A stretch of DNA of 64,000 bases from Octopus sinensis (taxonomy: Eukaryota). A program made the position numbers and the translations under genes. The DNA lies in NCBI RefSeq assembly GCF_006345805.1, contig NC_043014.1, forward strand, positions 16,988,001 through 17,052,000, given 5' to 3'. The notes below the pieces were generated by a model. The model made no database searches, was not told where the DNA came from, and worked only from the letters and a program-made list of their open reading frames with translations. This document shows, in pieces, positions 13,731-27,107 of the stretch (position 1 is its first letter; the number at the start of each line of letters is the position of its first letter).

Positions 13731-16700
13731 TCTGATGCCTCCCACACCCTCAGGGTTGGCACTCTCAACGTTGGCACACTGAAAGGTAGGTCTGGTGAGA
13801 TAGTCGAGATGCTTGAACGGAGATGTGTGGATATATGTTGCATGCAAGAAATAAGGTGGAGAGGAGGATCTGCTAGATTCCTCACAGGCAAGGAATGCAG
13901 ATACAAGATTTTCTGGGCAGGGAACACTGATGGGGTTGGTGGCGTGGGTATACTTATCACTGAGAAATGGGTAGATAAAGTAATTGAGGTAATCAGAGTA
14001 TGTGACAGAATACTTAAGATTAGATTAGTGCTTCATCATAGTTTAGCATCCATTATATCAGCCTATGCTCCTCAGTCGGGGCTACCCGATGGACAGAAAG
14101 ACCGATTCTATGACACTCTACTGCAGACTACCTCGTTGACGAATGACAGAGACCTTCTCTTTGTGGCTGGTGACTTCAATGGTCACATTGGACGACATGC
14201 TGGGGGCTTCCATGGCGTACATGGAGGCTATGGCTATGGCTCCCGCAACGAGGAGGGAACCAGGCTGCTGGAGTTCTGCGATGCAAATAATCTTATGATT
14301 TGCAACACTAACTTCAGGAAACCTACCAGCCACCTAGTCACCTACCGATCGGGCCAACATACCAGCCAAATTGACAACATCCTTGCAAGGCAAAGGGACA
14401 GATGGCTGCTTATAAATGCCAAAACCTTCCTAGGCGAAGAATGTACCCCACAACATAGACTGGTAGTTAGTGACTTTAAGATCAGGACTAGGAGGACAAC
14501 TAGAAGACGACCAACATGGAGAACAAGGATCTGGAAGCTTAAAGATCCTGCAAATGGACAGAGATTTAGGGACATATTACTTGAAGCCTTTGATGAAGTA
14601 GAAGGGGATAAAGCATCACAGGGGGTAGAAGACAACTGGACGTTTCTAAGGGACAACCTGCTGAGAGCCACTGACCAGATCTGTGGCTGGTGCAAAGTCC
14701 CCTCTCAACCTAGAATAACGTGGTGGTGGAACAATATTGTAGACAGGGCTATTAGAGAAAAGAGACAGGCTTGGAAGGTCTGGAAAAATGGGGGTAGCAG
14801 GGAATTGTATCAGACTGCCAAAAGAGAAGCTAGGAGACAGGTTTATTTAGCCAGAGGGGAAGCAGATAGGAAAAAATTTGCCAATGTTCTGCGCCGTGAG
14901 GACCAAAGACTGGAGGTGTTTCGCGTTGCAAGACAGTGTGTGAGAGAGAATCGAGATGTGGTAGGAGAGAAGTGTGATCGCATGGAAGATGGTTCACTTG
15001 TGCTAAATGAGGATGCAAAGAGAGAGGTTTGGAGACGCCACTATGAAAGGTTGCTGAATAAAGAAAATGAATGGGATAAAGAGAGTCTGCCGAATGTTGA
15101 CCCAACAGAGGGACCAGCTATCCGAGTTGATAGTTCCTTGGTAGTTAAGGCAATTAGAAGCATGAAGACAGGGAAAGCCCCAGGCCCATCAGGAATCACT
15201 GCAGAGATGCTCAAAATGTCTGGTAGTGTCGGCTATAGCCTAGTCACCCATATAGTTAATCAGGTGATACACGAAGGAGTCATACCCAATGACTGCTGTA
15301 GCAGCATAATAGTCAACTGCTACAAAGGTAAAGGTGACGCCCTAGATACAAATAATTACAGAGGTATCAAGCTGTTGGATCAGGTGATGAAGGTTACAGA
15401 GAGGGTCATAGCCCAACTAATTAGAGAGAGAGTTAGTTTAGATGAGATGCAGTTTGGGTTTGTGCCATGGAAAAGTACTACTGATGCTATATTCCTGGTA
15501 AGACAGCTGCAGGAGAAATACCTAGCCAAAGATAAGCCCCTGTACCTGGCTTTTGTTGACATGGAGAAAGCCTTCGACAGGGTCCCCAATCCCTTATCTG
15601 GTGGTCAATGAGGAAACTAGGGATAGATGAATGGTTAGTGAGAGCTGTGTGAGCCATGTATAGGGACGCTGCTAGTAAGGTGAGGGTTGGCAACGAGTAC
15701 AGTGAAGAATTCTGGGTAGAGGTAGGGGTCCACCAAGGCTCAGTCCTCAGCCCCCTCCTATTTATCATAGTCCTCCAGGCAATAACGGAGGAATTTAAGA
15801 CAGGATGCCCTTGGGAGCTCCTCTATGCTGATGACCTTGCTCTAATTGCTGAGTCACTATCAGAACTGGAGGAGAAGTTTCAGGTGTGGAAACAAGAATT
15901 AGAATCGAAGGGCCTTAGAGTCAATCTAGCTAAAACCAAAGTCGTAATCAGTAGGAAGGTAGACAAATCACAAACGCCTTCAGGTAGATGGCCCTGCTCG
16001 ATCTGTAGAAAAGGTGTAGGTAGAAACTCTATAAGATGCACCAAGTGTAAGCTATGGACACATAAGAGGTGCAGCAATGTCAAAGGAAGGCTAACTAGGA
16101 AGATGGTTTTTGTATGTGGCAGATGCTCAGGAACAATAAACACTGAAAATGCTCTGAGACCAACTTCCGTCACTTTCCAGGGAGAAAAACTAGAAATAGT
16201 TGATAGTTTCCATTACCTAGGTGACCAAGTCAGCAGCGGGGGTGGGTGTGCTGAAAGTGTAACTGCTAGAGTAAGAATAGCTTGGGCAAAGTTCAGAGAG
16301 CTCTTACCTCTGCTGGTGACAAAAGGCCTCTCACACAGAGTAAAAGGCAGACTGTATGATGCGTGTGTATGAACAGCCATGCTACATGGCAGTGAAACAT
16401 GGGCCATGACTGCTGAGGATATGCGTAAGCTCGCAAGAAATGAAGCCAGTATGCTCCGATGGATGTGTAATGACAGTACTCATACTCGGCAGAGTGTAAG
16501 TACCTTGAGAGAAAAGCTGGACCTAAGAAGCATCAGTTGTGGTGTGCAAGAGAGACGCTTGCACTGGTATGGGCATGTGGCGAGAATGGATGAAGATAGT
16601 TGTGTGAAAAAGTGCCACACCCTAGCGGTTGAGGGAACCTGTGGAAGAGGCAGACCCAGGAAAACCTGGGACGAGGTGGTGAGGCACGGCCTTCGAACTT

Positions 16701-17314
16701 TAGGTCTCACTGAGGAAATGACTAGAGACCGAGACCTCTGGAAGTGTGCTGTGTGCGAGAAGACCCGGCAGGACAAGTGAGACCATAACCCGTGGCCTTC
16801 TACATGGGATGGAGCCAGCCTACGTATGCATACCTTCCCTTCTTGGGACACAAAACTCTACTTGTGAAGACCTGTTGAGGCAAGTGAGGATCAGAATTGA
16901 AATCGATCAATGGAAATTGCAGATGTGTTACCAGTGCCGGTGGCATGTAAGAGCACCATCCGTTCATGACCGTTGCCAGCGCCGCCCCGACTGGCCTCGT
17001 GCCGGTGGCATGTAAAAAGCACCATCCGTTCGTGTCCGTTGCCAGCCTCGCCTGGCCCCCGTGCCGGTGGCACATAAAAAGCACCATCCGTTCGTGGCCG
17101 TTTGCCAGCTCTGTCTGGCACCTGAGCAGGTGGCACGTAAAAAGCACCCACTACACTCACGGAGTGGTTGGCGTTAGGAAGGGCATCCATCCGTAGAAAC
17201 ACTGCCTGATCTGACTAGGCCTGATGAAGCCTTCCAGCTTCACAGACCCCAGTTGAACCGTCCAACCCATGCTAGCATGGAAAACAGACGCTAAACAATG
17301 ATGATGATGATGAT
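13730..17314 (+). mobile_element. RTE-clade LINE, near full-length ORF (APE + RT + PHD-like finger)
   Basis: GTLNVGTL, CMQEIRW, AGDFNGH, QFGF, AFVDMEKAFDRV, HQGSVLSP, LLYADD. 1-nt deletion near 15590, TGA at 16370-16372, repeat-bearing 3' UTR, (ATG)n tail. Confidence 0.97.
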
Positions 17315-17315
17315 T

Positions 17316-17375
17316 ATACTTGAGTGATATTTTTAAAACAGTGAATCTGCTTAACTGCAAGGTAGAAAATCAGAT
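17316..17375 (+). mobile_element. Continuation of the hAT transposase after the RTE insertion
   Basis: YLSDIFKTVNLLNCK matches the hAT LAYLSDIF..LN.LN motif expected just downstream of EVRW. Confidence 0.7.
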
Positions 17376-17846
17376 TTGGTCACCTGTATACTGCTAGTAT
17401 ACATATATACTAGCAGTAAAACCCATTGTTGATCAGGTAATTACTTTGACTGTTTATCGAGAGCCACATTTAAAGTATTATATGTATAATTTACTTCTCC
17501 TGTATGTGTGTATTTTTATAAGAGAAAACCATGTAATAATTGAAGTAGAAGAAAGATTAATATCATACATGAACTTGTGTTTGTTTATGATAGCTAAGGC
17601 GGTGATAGACAGCTAATGCGTGCATGAATGCGATGCGATCTCTGCCCAGTATGCCGAAGTGAAGAATGCATTAAGTAAATAAAAAGCAAGCGATTATTAG
17701 AGAGAAATAGCCGCGTGCATAAACGCGATATCGCCGCTGAGATGACAGCTTTTCGATCGATCGCGTCGCCAACTCTTTGCTCGCTCCAAACGCTATTGCT
17801 CTCTACTACAAATCACTTGTCTGCACCCAACTTTATTACTAATATA

Positions 17847-20100
17847 ATCATCATCGTCGTCGTCGTCATCATCATCATCGATTAACGTCCGTTTTCCATG
17901 ATGGCATGGGTTGGACAGTTTGACTGAAGTCTTGGAGAGCCAGCTGCTGCAACAGGCTCCAATCTAGTCTAGCATAATTTCTACAGCTAAATGCCCTTCC
18001 TAACGCCAACTATTCTGGGAGTGTAGTGGGTGTTCTTTATGTCCCATCGGCACAGGAGCCAGCTAGCGGGTCACCGGCCCCCAACTACGGTATTGGTTTT
18101 ACTTGACTCAAGCATACTGCAAGCTTACGCATGTCCTCGGCATTCATGGCCCATGTTTCACTACCGTATAGCATGGCAGTTCACACACATGCATCATACA
18201 GTCCACCTTTCCCCCTGAGTGAGGGGCCATTAGCTGCTAGCAGAGGTAGGAGCTCCCTGAATTTGCCCAGGCTATTATTACTCTAGTTGCTACACTCGCA
18301 GAGTAATCACTCCCACTACATACTTGGTCGCCTAGGTAGTAGAAAGTATTTACTACTTCTAGTTTCTTCCCCAGGCATGTAATGGAAGCTGTTTTCTGAA
18401 CACCTTCAGTGTTTATTGCCCCACTGCATCTGCCACACACAAGAAATAATTTTCCCAGTTAACCTTCCTTTGATATTGCTGCACCTTTTATGTGTCCATA
18501 GCTTACACCGGGTGCATCGTATGGAGTTTCTGCCAATGCCTTTTCTACCGAGGAGTTTGTGATTTGACAGCCTGCACACTAACTAAAACTTTGGTTTTGG
18601 CTAGGTTAACCCTAAGGCCATTCAATTCTAGACTTTGCTTCCACGCCCTAACCTTTGGCTCCAGTTCCAGCAGTGACTCTGCTATTAGTGCAAGGTCATC
18701 AGCATAGAGGAGCAGCCTGTCTTGAATTCCTCTGTTATTGCCTGGAGAACTATAATGAATAAGAGGGGGCTGAGGACTGATCTTAGGTTGACCCTTACCC
18801 CTACCCGATATTCTTCACTGTACTCGTTGCCAACCGTCTCCTTACTGTACATGGCTTGTACAGCTCTCAATAAACATTCATCCATCCCTAGTCTCCTCAT
18901 TGACCACCAGATAGGGGATCGGGGGACCCTGTCAATGAAAGCCAGGTACAGTTTTATCTTGGACTAGCTATTTCTCCTGCATCTGTCTTATCAGAAATAT
19001 AGCATCAGTGGTGCTTTCCCCTGGCACGAACCGAAACTGCATCCCTCCCTAATTACTTGGGCTATGACCCTCTCCGTGACCTTCATTACCTGATCCAACA
19101 ACTTGATACCTCTGTAATTATTTGTATCTAATGCGTCACCTTTACCTTTGTTAGCAGTTGACTATGGTGCTGCTACACCAGTCATTGGGTATGACTCCTT
19201 CATGTATCACCTGGTTGACTAGGCTATAGCCAACACCACCAGATATTTTGAGCATCTCTGTGGTGATTCCTGATTGTCCAGGGGCTTTCCCTGTCTTCAT
19301 ACCCTTAATTGCTTTACCTACCAAGGCACTGTCAATTTAAATAGACAGCTGGTCTCTCTGTTGGGCCGGCATTCAGCAGACTCTCTTTCTCACATTCATT
19401 CACTTTATTTAGCAAACTTTCATAATGGCGTCTCCAAACCTGTCTCTTTGCAGTTCCGTTTAAAGCAAGTGAACCGTCACCCATGAGGACACATTTCTCT
19501 TCTAGGACAACGCGATTCTCTCTCACACACTGTCTGGCAACAGGAAAATACTTCAAGTCTTTGGTCATCACGGCGCAGAACATTGGTAAATTTTTCCTTA
19601 TCTGCTTACCCTCTGGCCAAATAAACCTATCTCCTAGCTTCCCTTTTGGCAGTCTGATACAATTCCCTGCTATCACCGGTCTTCCAGTCCTTCAAAGCCT
19701 GTTTCTTTTCCTTACTAGCCCTGTCAACAACATTGTTCCACCACCACGTTACCTTGGGTTGAGAGGAGACTTTGCACCATCCACAGATCTGGTCACTAGC
19801 GCTCAAAAGGTTGTCCTCTAGAAACCTCCAGTTGTCTTCCACAGCTTTGAGTAATATGTCTCTCAATCTCTTTTTGCAGGATCCTTAAGCTTCCAGACCC
19901 TTCTCCTCCATTCTGGTCGTCTTCTGGGCATCCATTTAGCCCTGATCCTGAAGTCGCTAACTACTAATCTATGTTGTGGGGTACATTCTTCACCTTGGAC
20001 TGTTTGGGCATTTACAAGTAGTTGTCTTTCCTGTTTCCTAGTGAGGATGTAGTCAATTTGGCTAGTGTGTCTACCAGATTGGTAGGTGACTAAATGGCCC
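17847..20100 (-). mobile_element. Degenerate RTE LINE, tail-to-tail with the 13.7-17.3 kb copy
   Basis: (CAT)n tail at 17847, with many frameshifted RT and APE fragments. Confidence 0.92.
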
Positions 20101-21427
20101 TGAATATGCTAATCGATTACCATTTAGTAATTATGATACTTCTACAATTGAAGATAATTTTAATAAATAATGAATTTATGTATTGTGGCATTTGATACTT
20201 GTCAATTGTCTACATTGTTCACATAAATGCCAGTACCAGGCAGAGGTGGTTTCCAGCAGTAAGAGAAGCTTAAGAATAAATAAATGGAAATTTGTCGGCA
20301 GAACAAAGTTAGTAACCTTACACTCTCAGTGTTGTGATGAGAGTCAAGGTACCCACTTGTGAGGAATGGACTGAACCGAGAGAGTGTATATAGTTTGTGT
20401 TATTTCATAGTGAAGTTCGAGAGTGTGGGTTGGTTTGTTCATTTGGAATATTTGTTGATTCTTGAGAGATAGTTACGTTGTTATTGCTGCTGCATTATCT
20501 TATTTTATCACACTGGTACCACATATTTCAGGCCATTATCGCAATAGTGGTGGTACTACTATATTGGATACAAACCATGTTACAGCATCTGGCAACAAAA
20601 GGCTCAAAGATCACGTAGCATGTAATTCACCTGCAAACTAAGCATTAAATCAGTTTAGTTATTTCGTGTTGCATATACGTTCATAATTACCAATAACTGT
20701 CATGTTCCCAGACAATTCTTAAGAACAAAATAAAAACTTTGATATACAGTGTCAGTTATGAGGGGATGATGTCATTCACCCGCTTGTTTCAGCCTGGCTT
20801 TTTTTGTCTATGTCATGAAGGAGGGTTGTGTGGGTGAATGATATCGTATACCAATATCAAAGGATTTCTGTTATTACTCGAATTGTTATTATGATTTTAG
20901 GATTGCAGCTGAAAATTGAACGTGGGTTCCCAAACAGTGCGTTACCACATATTGAAGTTTCGTAAGATATAGAGGTGTGGCAAAAATATAAAAGTTTTAT
21001 TTTGTAAATGAAAATTACAAACTGAAATTCTAAATATACAATGCTTCATTTATTGAGTAAAGATCTCAATATCTAATAATTTGCTATAGTTTAAAAGGCT
21101 TACTTGTTACCCACGCTGTTTACAATTTTCAAACGAACGTTAAGCATGTCACAAAATAGCTGTCTACGTCACAGTAACACTATGCAGCTAATGATTTCAG
21201 ATCAAAACAGACAATATGATTGGTTGAAATTCGCAGATTTAAACTACGTTTAAACTTACAAAATAAAATTTTCTCAAAAAAACTAGTTGAAACTAATGTT
21301 TTCTTTTGACACATTCTACCAGTATACGAAGTTTCAAATTATTTAGTTAACTAGAAAATTCTGTCCATCTTTTAGAAAAGATCCCACAAAATATATTTAA
21401 TATATATGCATATATATATATATCTAT

Positions 21428-22252
21428 CATACCTTCCTTCTTGTGACACTTGTGAAGACCGGTTGAGGCAAGTGAAAATCAAATCAAATCAAATCAAATC
21501 AAATCAAATCAAAATAGACAAAATAGATGAACATCAATGGAATTTGTATCTTGTGGTACCAGTGCCTGTGGCACACAAGAAATCCATCAGTGCTGTAGTC
21601 AGTGCGGTGGGCACATGACAAACACCATCCGATCGTGGCCGTTCGCCAGCCTCATCTAGCACCTGTGTCGGTGGCACATAAAACAACATCCGAAGACCCG
21701 GCAAGACTAGTCAGGCCATAACCCATGGCCCCTACCTGGGACGTAGTCAGTCCACCTGTGCATACCTTCCTTCTTGTGACACTTGTGAAGACCTGTTGAG
21801 GCAAGTGAAAATCAAATCAAAACAAATCAAAATAGATGAACATCAATGGAATTTGTATCTTTGTGGTACCAGTGGCACGTGGCACACAATAAAACCATCC
21901 GAACGTGGCCGTAGCCAGTACCGCATCGACTGGCCTCCGTGCTGTGGGCACGTAACAAGCACCATCCGATCGTGGCCGTTTGCCAGCCTCATCCGGCACC
22001 TGTGTCGGTGGCACATAAAAACACCATCCGAGCGTGGCCGTCTGCCAGCCTCGTCTGGCACCTGTGTCGGTGGCACATAAAATCACCCACTACACTCTCG
22101 GAGTGGTTGGCGTTAGGAAGGGCATCCAGCTGTAGAAACACTGCCAGATCTGACTGGACTGGTGCAGGTTTCGGGCTCCCCAGACCCTAGTTGAACCGTC
22201 CAACCCATGCTAGCATGGAAAGCGGACGTTAAATGATGATGATGATGATGAT
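21428..22252 (+). mobile_element. Two tandem RTE 3' fragments (subfamily with (AAATC)n and about 60-nt units)
   Basis: Block cataccttccttcttgtgacacttgtgaag occurs at 21428 and 21761. The second fragment includes the ORF end KTRQD* and the tail. Confidence 0.85.
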
Positions 22253-22342
22253 TATATAAGTATTTAGGGTAAAACCCAGCTGTATCCTCATTAATGTGTA
22301 ATAGAGAATAAATAATACCAAAAACTTCCATTTTCCTGTTCT

Positions 22343-22385
<43 letters not shown>

Positions 22386-23539
22386 GCCGCAGTTTATCAA
22401 GATATATCTTCTTCCACATAAGAAAAGTTTTTGAGTTGAGTAAAAAAATGGCAGGAAGAAGCGCGTGGATATATACAACTGTATATTTTGATATGAACAC
22501 AAAGAAACAGGGTTGTTGCCGCTGGAGGTGGGCAGGATGAGCAGGGGAACGCAGAGTGTCCTGTTGAGTGGTGTTGGAGATATGAGAGTACCAGGTACTC
22601 AACCACTGGTCTTTGTATAGGTACTCGTAGAGTAAACAGATGATGGTAATTGAAATACAAGTGGTAGAGGCCATGGAGGAGAATCCAAAATTTTGCAAAA
22701 AGTTCCTCGTTCAACCATTGTTGTAGGAATATTTCTTGATTCTTAAGATTCGAATCATTGATATAAAAGCAGGAAGTAGAAATATAATGCTGACAGGAAA
22801 ATATAGAGTGTGCAGTAGTAGTAGGAGGGATGTAACAAGGATGGCTGTGTGACAAACCCCACTGAGGACAACTGGTGTGTTTACATCTCCGTAACTTAGC
22901 GGTTCGGCAAAAGAGACCAATAGAATAAGTACTAGACTTAAAAGAATAAGTCTTGGGCTTGATTTCTTCGAATGAAGGCGGTGCTCCAGCATGGCCGCAG
23001 TCAAATGACTGAAACAAGTAAAAGAGTAATTGATCAACTCTGAATGTTTACTTCACAATCATGTGATTCTGGGTTCAGTCCCACTATGTGGCACTTTGAC
23101 AAGTGTCTCCTACTATAGCTCTGGGCCATCCAAAGCTTTGTCACTGTATTTGGTAGATAGAAACTGAAAGAAGCCCATCATGTGAATATATATATATGTC
23201 CATGTGTTTGCGTTTGTGTCTGTCCTCCACTACCACTTGACAATGGGTGTTAGTTTATTTACAGCCCCATAACTTAGCGGTTCAGCATAAGAGGCCGACT
23301 GAATAAGTAGCAGGCACAAAATGAAAAAGTAAGTACTGGGGTTGATTTGTTCGAGTAAATACCATTCAAGGCAAGTGCCCACGCATGACCAAAGCCCAAC
23401 AACTGAGTCAAGTAAAAGGCTAAGACAAGCTTAGAGTAAAGGGGTTCCAGGATCAAGCATGTAACTATACACCACCTTGTGAGTGTAACGCTCTAGGCAC
23501 ATAAAATTTGCATATATAAATATATGACTTTTACTCTTT

Positions 23540-24040
23540 TATTTGTTTCAGTCATTTGACTGCAGCCATGCTGGAGCACCTCCTTTAGTCAAACAAATCG
23601 ACCCCAGGACTTATTCTTTGTAAGCCTAGTACTCATTCTATCAGTCTCTTTTGCTGAACTGATAAGTTCAGCAAAAGCAGCATTGGTTGTCAAGTGATGG
23701 TGGAGGGATAAACACAGACACAAATAACAAATACACACACACACACACATACGCAAGATGGGCTTCTTTCAGTTTCCATCTACCAAATCCACGTACAAAG
23801 CTTTGGTTGGCCCGAGGCTATAGAAGAAAACACTTACTCAAGGTGCCATACAGTGGGACTGAACCCAGAACCATGTGGTTGGTAAGCAAGCTACTTACCA
23901 TATAGCCACTGCTGCACCTATAAAGATATATGTCTTTTATCTTTTACTTGTTTCAATCATTAGACTGTGGCCATGCTGGGGCACTGCTTTGAAGAATTTT
24001 TAGTTGACTGAATCGATTCTAGTACTTATTCTATCAGTCT
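23540..24040 (-). mobile_element. SINE family A, full copy (23540-23920) plus 5'-truncated tail (23935-24040)
   Basis: Reverse-complement match to 7332-7715. Confidence 0.85.
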
Positions 24041-24094
24041 GTCTTCATTTTCGTTGTCCACATCGCTGGTGGATGAGTCAAATACAGATGTCGG
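24026..24094 (-). CDS. KIF4: Probable terminal KIF4-like exon (PTSVFDSSTSDVDNENEDRLIE*)
   Basis: ttctttctgttctttcag acceptor, phase 0, acidic tail. The last codons and TAA overlap SINE-tail sequence. Confidence 0.55.
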   Translation of the reverse strand, partial: PTSVFDSSTSDVDNENEDRLIE

Positions 24095-24569
24095 CTGAAA
24101 GAACAGAAAGAAGAACGTTGTCAATATTTAATTGAAAAATCATTATAAAAACACAACTGGCACAATTAATCATTCATAGGTAATGGTGTAGAAGGAAAGG
24201 ATAAAGAAGAACCACTCTACATTTGCCATTTTCCTTTCTTTCCAAATTTCATGCAGCACACTCACTCTCCACCACAGTATGGGTTAACAAATCCCAAAAC
24301 ATCTCCAACCCAATACTGTCAATTCCATCACATTCAAACAGTGTACACCAGAAATAGTTCTTATTCAGACCTTTTTCTTTTCTTTTTTCAAATATCTACA
24401 ATCAAGCAAAGGTGTGGCCATGCAGAGTTCAGTCCCACTGCATGGCACCTCAGATACTCGTCTTCTACAATAGCCTGGGTCAACCAAAGCCTTGTGAGTG
24501 CATCTCGCAGATGGAAAATGAAAGAAGCTTATCATGTGTGTGTGTGTCACTAGGAGTTAACCATGAAAC

Positions 24570-24895
24570 ATCTGTCTGCTAAGAGTCCATCATACATCTA
24601 TTAACTAAGAGTCCATCAGACACATCTAGTCTCTGGGAGTCCACTACATCTTGTCACAAAAGAGTCCATCATACACAGCCAGCCACCAGAAGTTAATCAT
24701 ACATTTAGTCACTATGGGCTCCTCATACATCTATCTAATAAGAGTCCAAGATACACATCTAGCCACTATGGGTTCCTCATATTTCTATCTACTATGAGTC
24801 CAAGATACACATCTAGCCACTGGAGGTCTACCATACATTTATCAACTAAGAGTCCTCCATACATCTAGTCACTATGAACCACTTTTAGCCACTAG
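24570..24895. repeat. Degenerate minisatellite of about 26-27 nt (aagagtccatcatacatctag-like)
   Basis: About 12 visibly related units. Confidence 0.7.
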
Positions 24896-24899
24896 GAGC

Positions 24900-25710
24900 T
24901 GTACATGGGAGAGCATTGCCACTAGAATAAGAATAGCCTGGGCAAAGTTCAGAAAGCTTCTACCCCTGCTGGTGACAAAGGGCCTCTCGCTCAGAGTGAA
25001 AGGTAGATTGTACGATGCATGTATATGAACTGCAATGCTTCACGGTAGTGAAACATGGGCCGTAACTGCTGAAGACATGCGTAGGCTTGAAAGAAATGAA
25101 GCTAGCATGATTCACTGGATGTGTAATGTCATGTACTACGGATGGATGAGGAGAGATGTGTGAAGAAGTGCCACTCCCAAACAGTTCAAGGAATCTGGGG
25201 TAGAGGTATACCCAGGAAGACATGTAATGAGGTGGTCAAGCATGACCTTCAAACGTTGGGCCTCACAGAGGCAAAGACAAAAGACTGAAACCTGTGACTG
25301 AGAAGACCCAGCAAATAAAGTGAGTTCACAGCTGTAACCTACACCAGTGTCGCATAACCAGCCAACTCAAAAGTACCTTGGATTGTAGGGTGACATGCCA
25401 TGCTTGAGGAGACCTATTGAGTCAAGTACATCAAAACCAAAATCAAATGCCGGTGGAATGTAAAAAGCACCATCAGAACGTGGCCGATGGCAGCGCTGCA
25501 TTGACTGGTTTCCGTGCCAGTGGCATGTAAAAAGCACCCACTACACTCTTGGAGTGGTTGGCGTTAGGAAGGGCATCCAGCTATAGAAACACTACCAGAT
25601 CAGACTGGAGCCTGGTGCAGCCTCCTGGCTTGCCAGACCCCAGTCGAACCGTCCAACCCATGCCAGCATGGAAAAAAGATGTTAAACGATGATGATGATG
25701 ATGATGACTG
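24900..25710 (+). mobile_element. RTE 3' fragment
   Basis: RIAWAKFRKLLPLLVTKGLSLRVKGRLYDAC, 3' UTR and (GAT)n tail. Confidence 0.9.
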
Positions 25711-26235
25711 ATCCAGTTTGCAATTAGTACTATTTTATCAACTCTCTCCACCCCCACCCCAAAAAAAGGATGAATGGTTAAAGCCAACTTGGTGGGGTTT
25801 GGACTCTAATAATAACTATCCTTATTTTGACACAAAGCCTGAAATTTGAGGGGTGGAGAGGTTGATTACACTGATCCCAGTGCCCCACTGGTATTTATTT
25901 TATTGACCCCACACCCCGCCCCAAACAATGAAAGGCAAAATTGACCTCAGGAGCATTTCATTCCAAACAATAATAATCCTTTCTACTAAAGACACAAGGC
26001 CTGGAGTTCGGGGTCAAGGGGCTAATTGATTACATCAACCTCAGTGTTCCACCAGTACTTAATTTATAGATCTTGAAAGGACGAAAGGTAAAGTCAACCT
26101 TGACGGAAATTGAACTCAGGGTGTAGCAGCAGACGAAATACCACTAAGCATTTTGCTTGGCATGCTAACGATTCTGCCAGCTCTCCGCTTTACCCCAAAC
26201 AACAACAACAACAACAACAATAATAATTAAAATAC

Positions 26236-26346
26236 CTTATTTTCACAATTAGCACAAGAACATGAAGGCAAACAGAACGCTGTCTTCTTGAAACATGGGC
26301 AAACTTTGGATTTGCATTTACTGAGTAAACACCTGCAACTTTTCAA
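26236..26346 (-). CDS. KIF4: KIF4-like CXC/CRD exon (LKSCRCLLSKCKSKVCPCFKKTAFCLPSCSCANCENK)
   Basis: Long pyrimidine tract with cag acceptor, GTATTT donor, 111 nt. Nine Cys in C-x-C-x4-C-x4-C-x-C-x6-C-x3-C-x-C-x2-C spacing. Confidence 0.9.
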
Positions 26347-26886
26347 CTGAAAAAGAAAAACAAAAAAAGTTCTAATGAGAAAAATATATCTCCTCACTTC
26401 AGAATTTGACAATTATTCCCAATATGCTTTTATTGCTCCACCCACTTACACTTGATATCTTTTAACCATTCTCTCCACTTACTCCCAATAGGCTTTTACC
26501 TCTATCTATTTTCTAATATTTGTGTTTCTCCACCCACTTTTCCCAATAGCTCCCCAACACCATGTCCATATACCCCCAACACCATGTCCATATACCCCCA
26601 ACACCCTCTCACTTCTCAACCCACATGCTTTGGATATCTTTTCATTTCTCCACCTATACATTCCTAATACCCTTTCATCTTCCTACCTTTATCATTCTTC
26701 GAATTCTCTGCCCTATCACTACTCCTTAATCTCTGCCCTTTTTGATATCAAACCCTTTTTTTTCAAGTCATATGTACAAATTCTAACCAACTCTAATAAC
26801 ATTGCAAGTTTAACTTGCAAACAATTGCCTAAAAATATTTAATTTCACAGAATATTGCAAACAACACAGTACATACATTCATTTAA

Positions 26887-27107
26887 CCCTTTTGTTACCA
26901 AATTTCTGTTGAGATGCTCTGTGTTTCTTTCAATTATTTCAGATATAACAAAGAATTTAGTAAAATAACTTAGTTATTATTAAGCTAGTGTTAGGAACAT
27001 AAATTGTGACTAAGGTTTGGCGGAAGATTTTAATTCAAAATTTATGGCAACAAGACATTTGTACCACAGAGCCAGAGGCAGTTTCAGCTGGGTTGGTATC
27101 AAAAGGG
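26887..27107. mobile_element. piggyBac-type MITE
   Basis: TTAA|CCCTTTTGTTACCA ... TGGTATCAAAAGGG|TTAA. Confidence 0.85.

Noticed and set aside
22397-23037. 206-aa and 105-aa minus-strand ORFs, one behind an AG acceptor at 22790
   Set aside because: The 5' part is SINE sequence and the rest has no recognisable motif. A few ORFs of this length are expected by chance in 64 kb. It may be an old LINE remnant.
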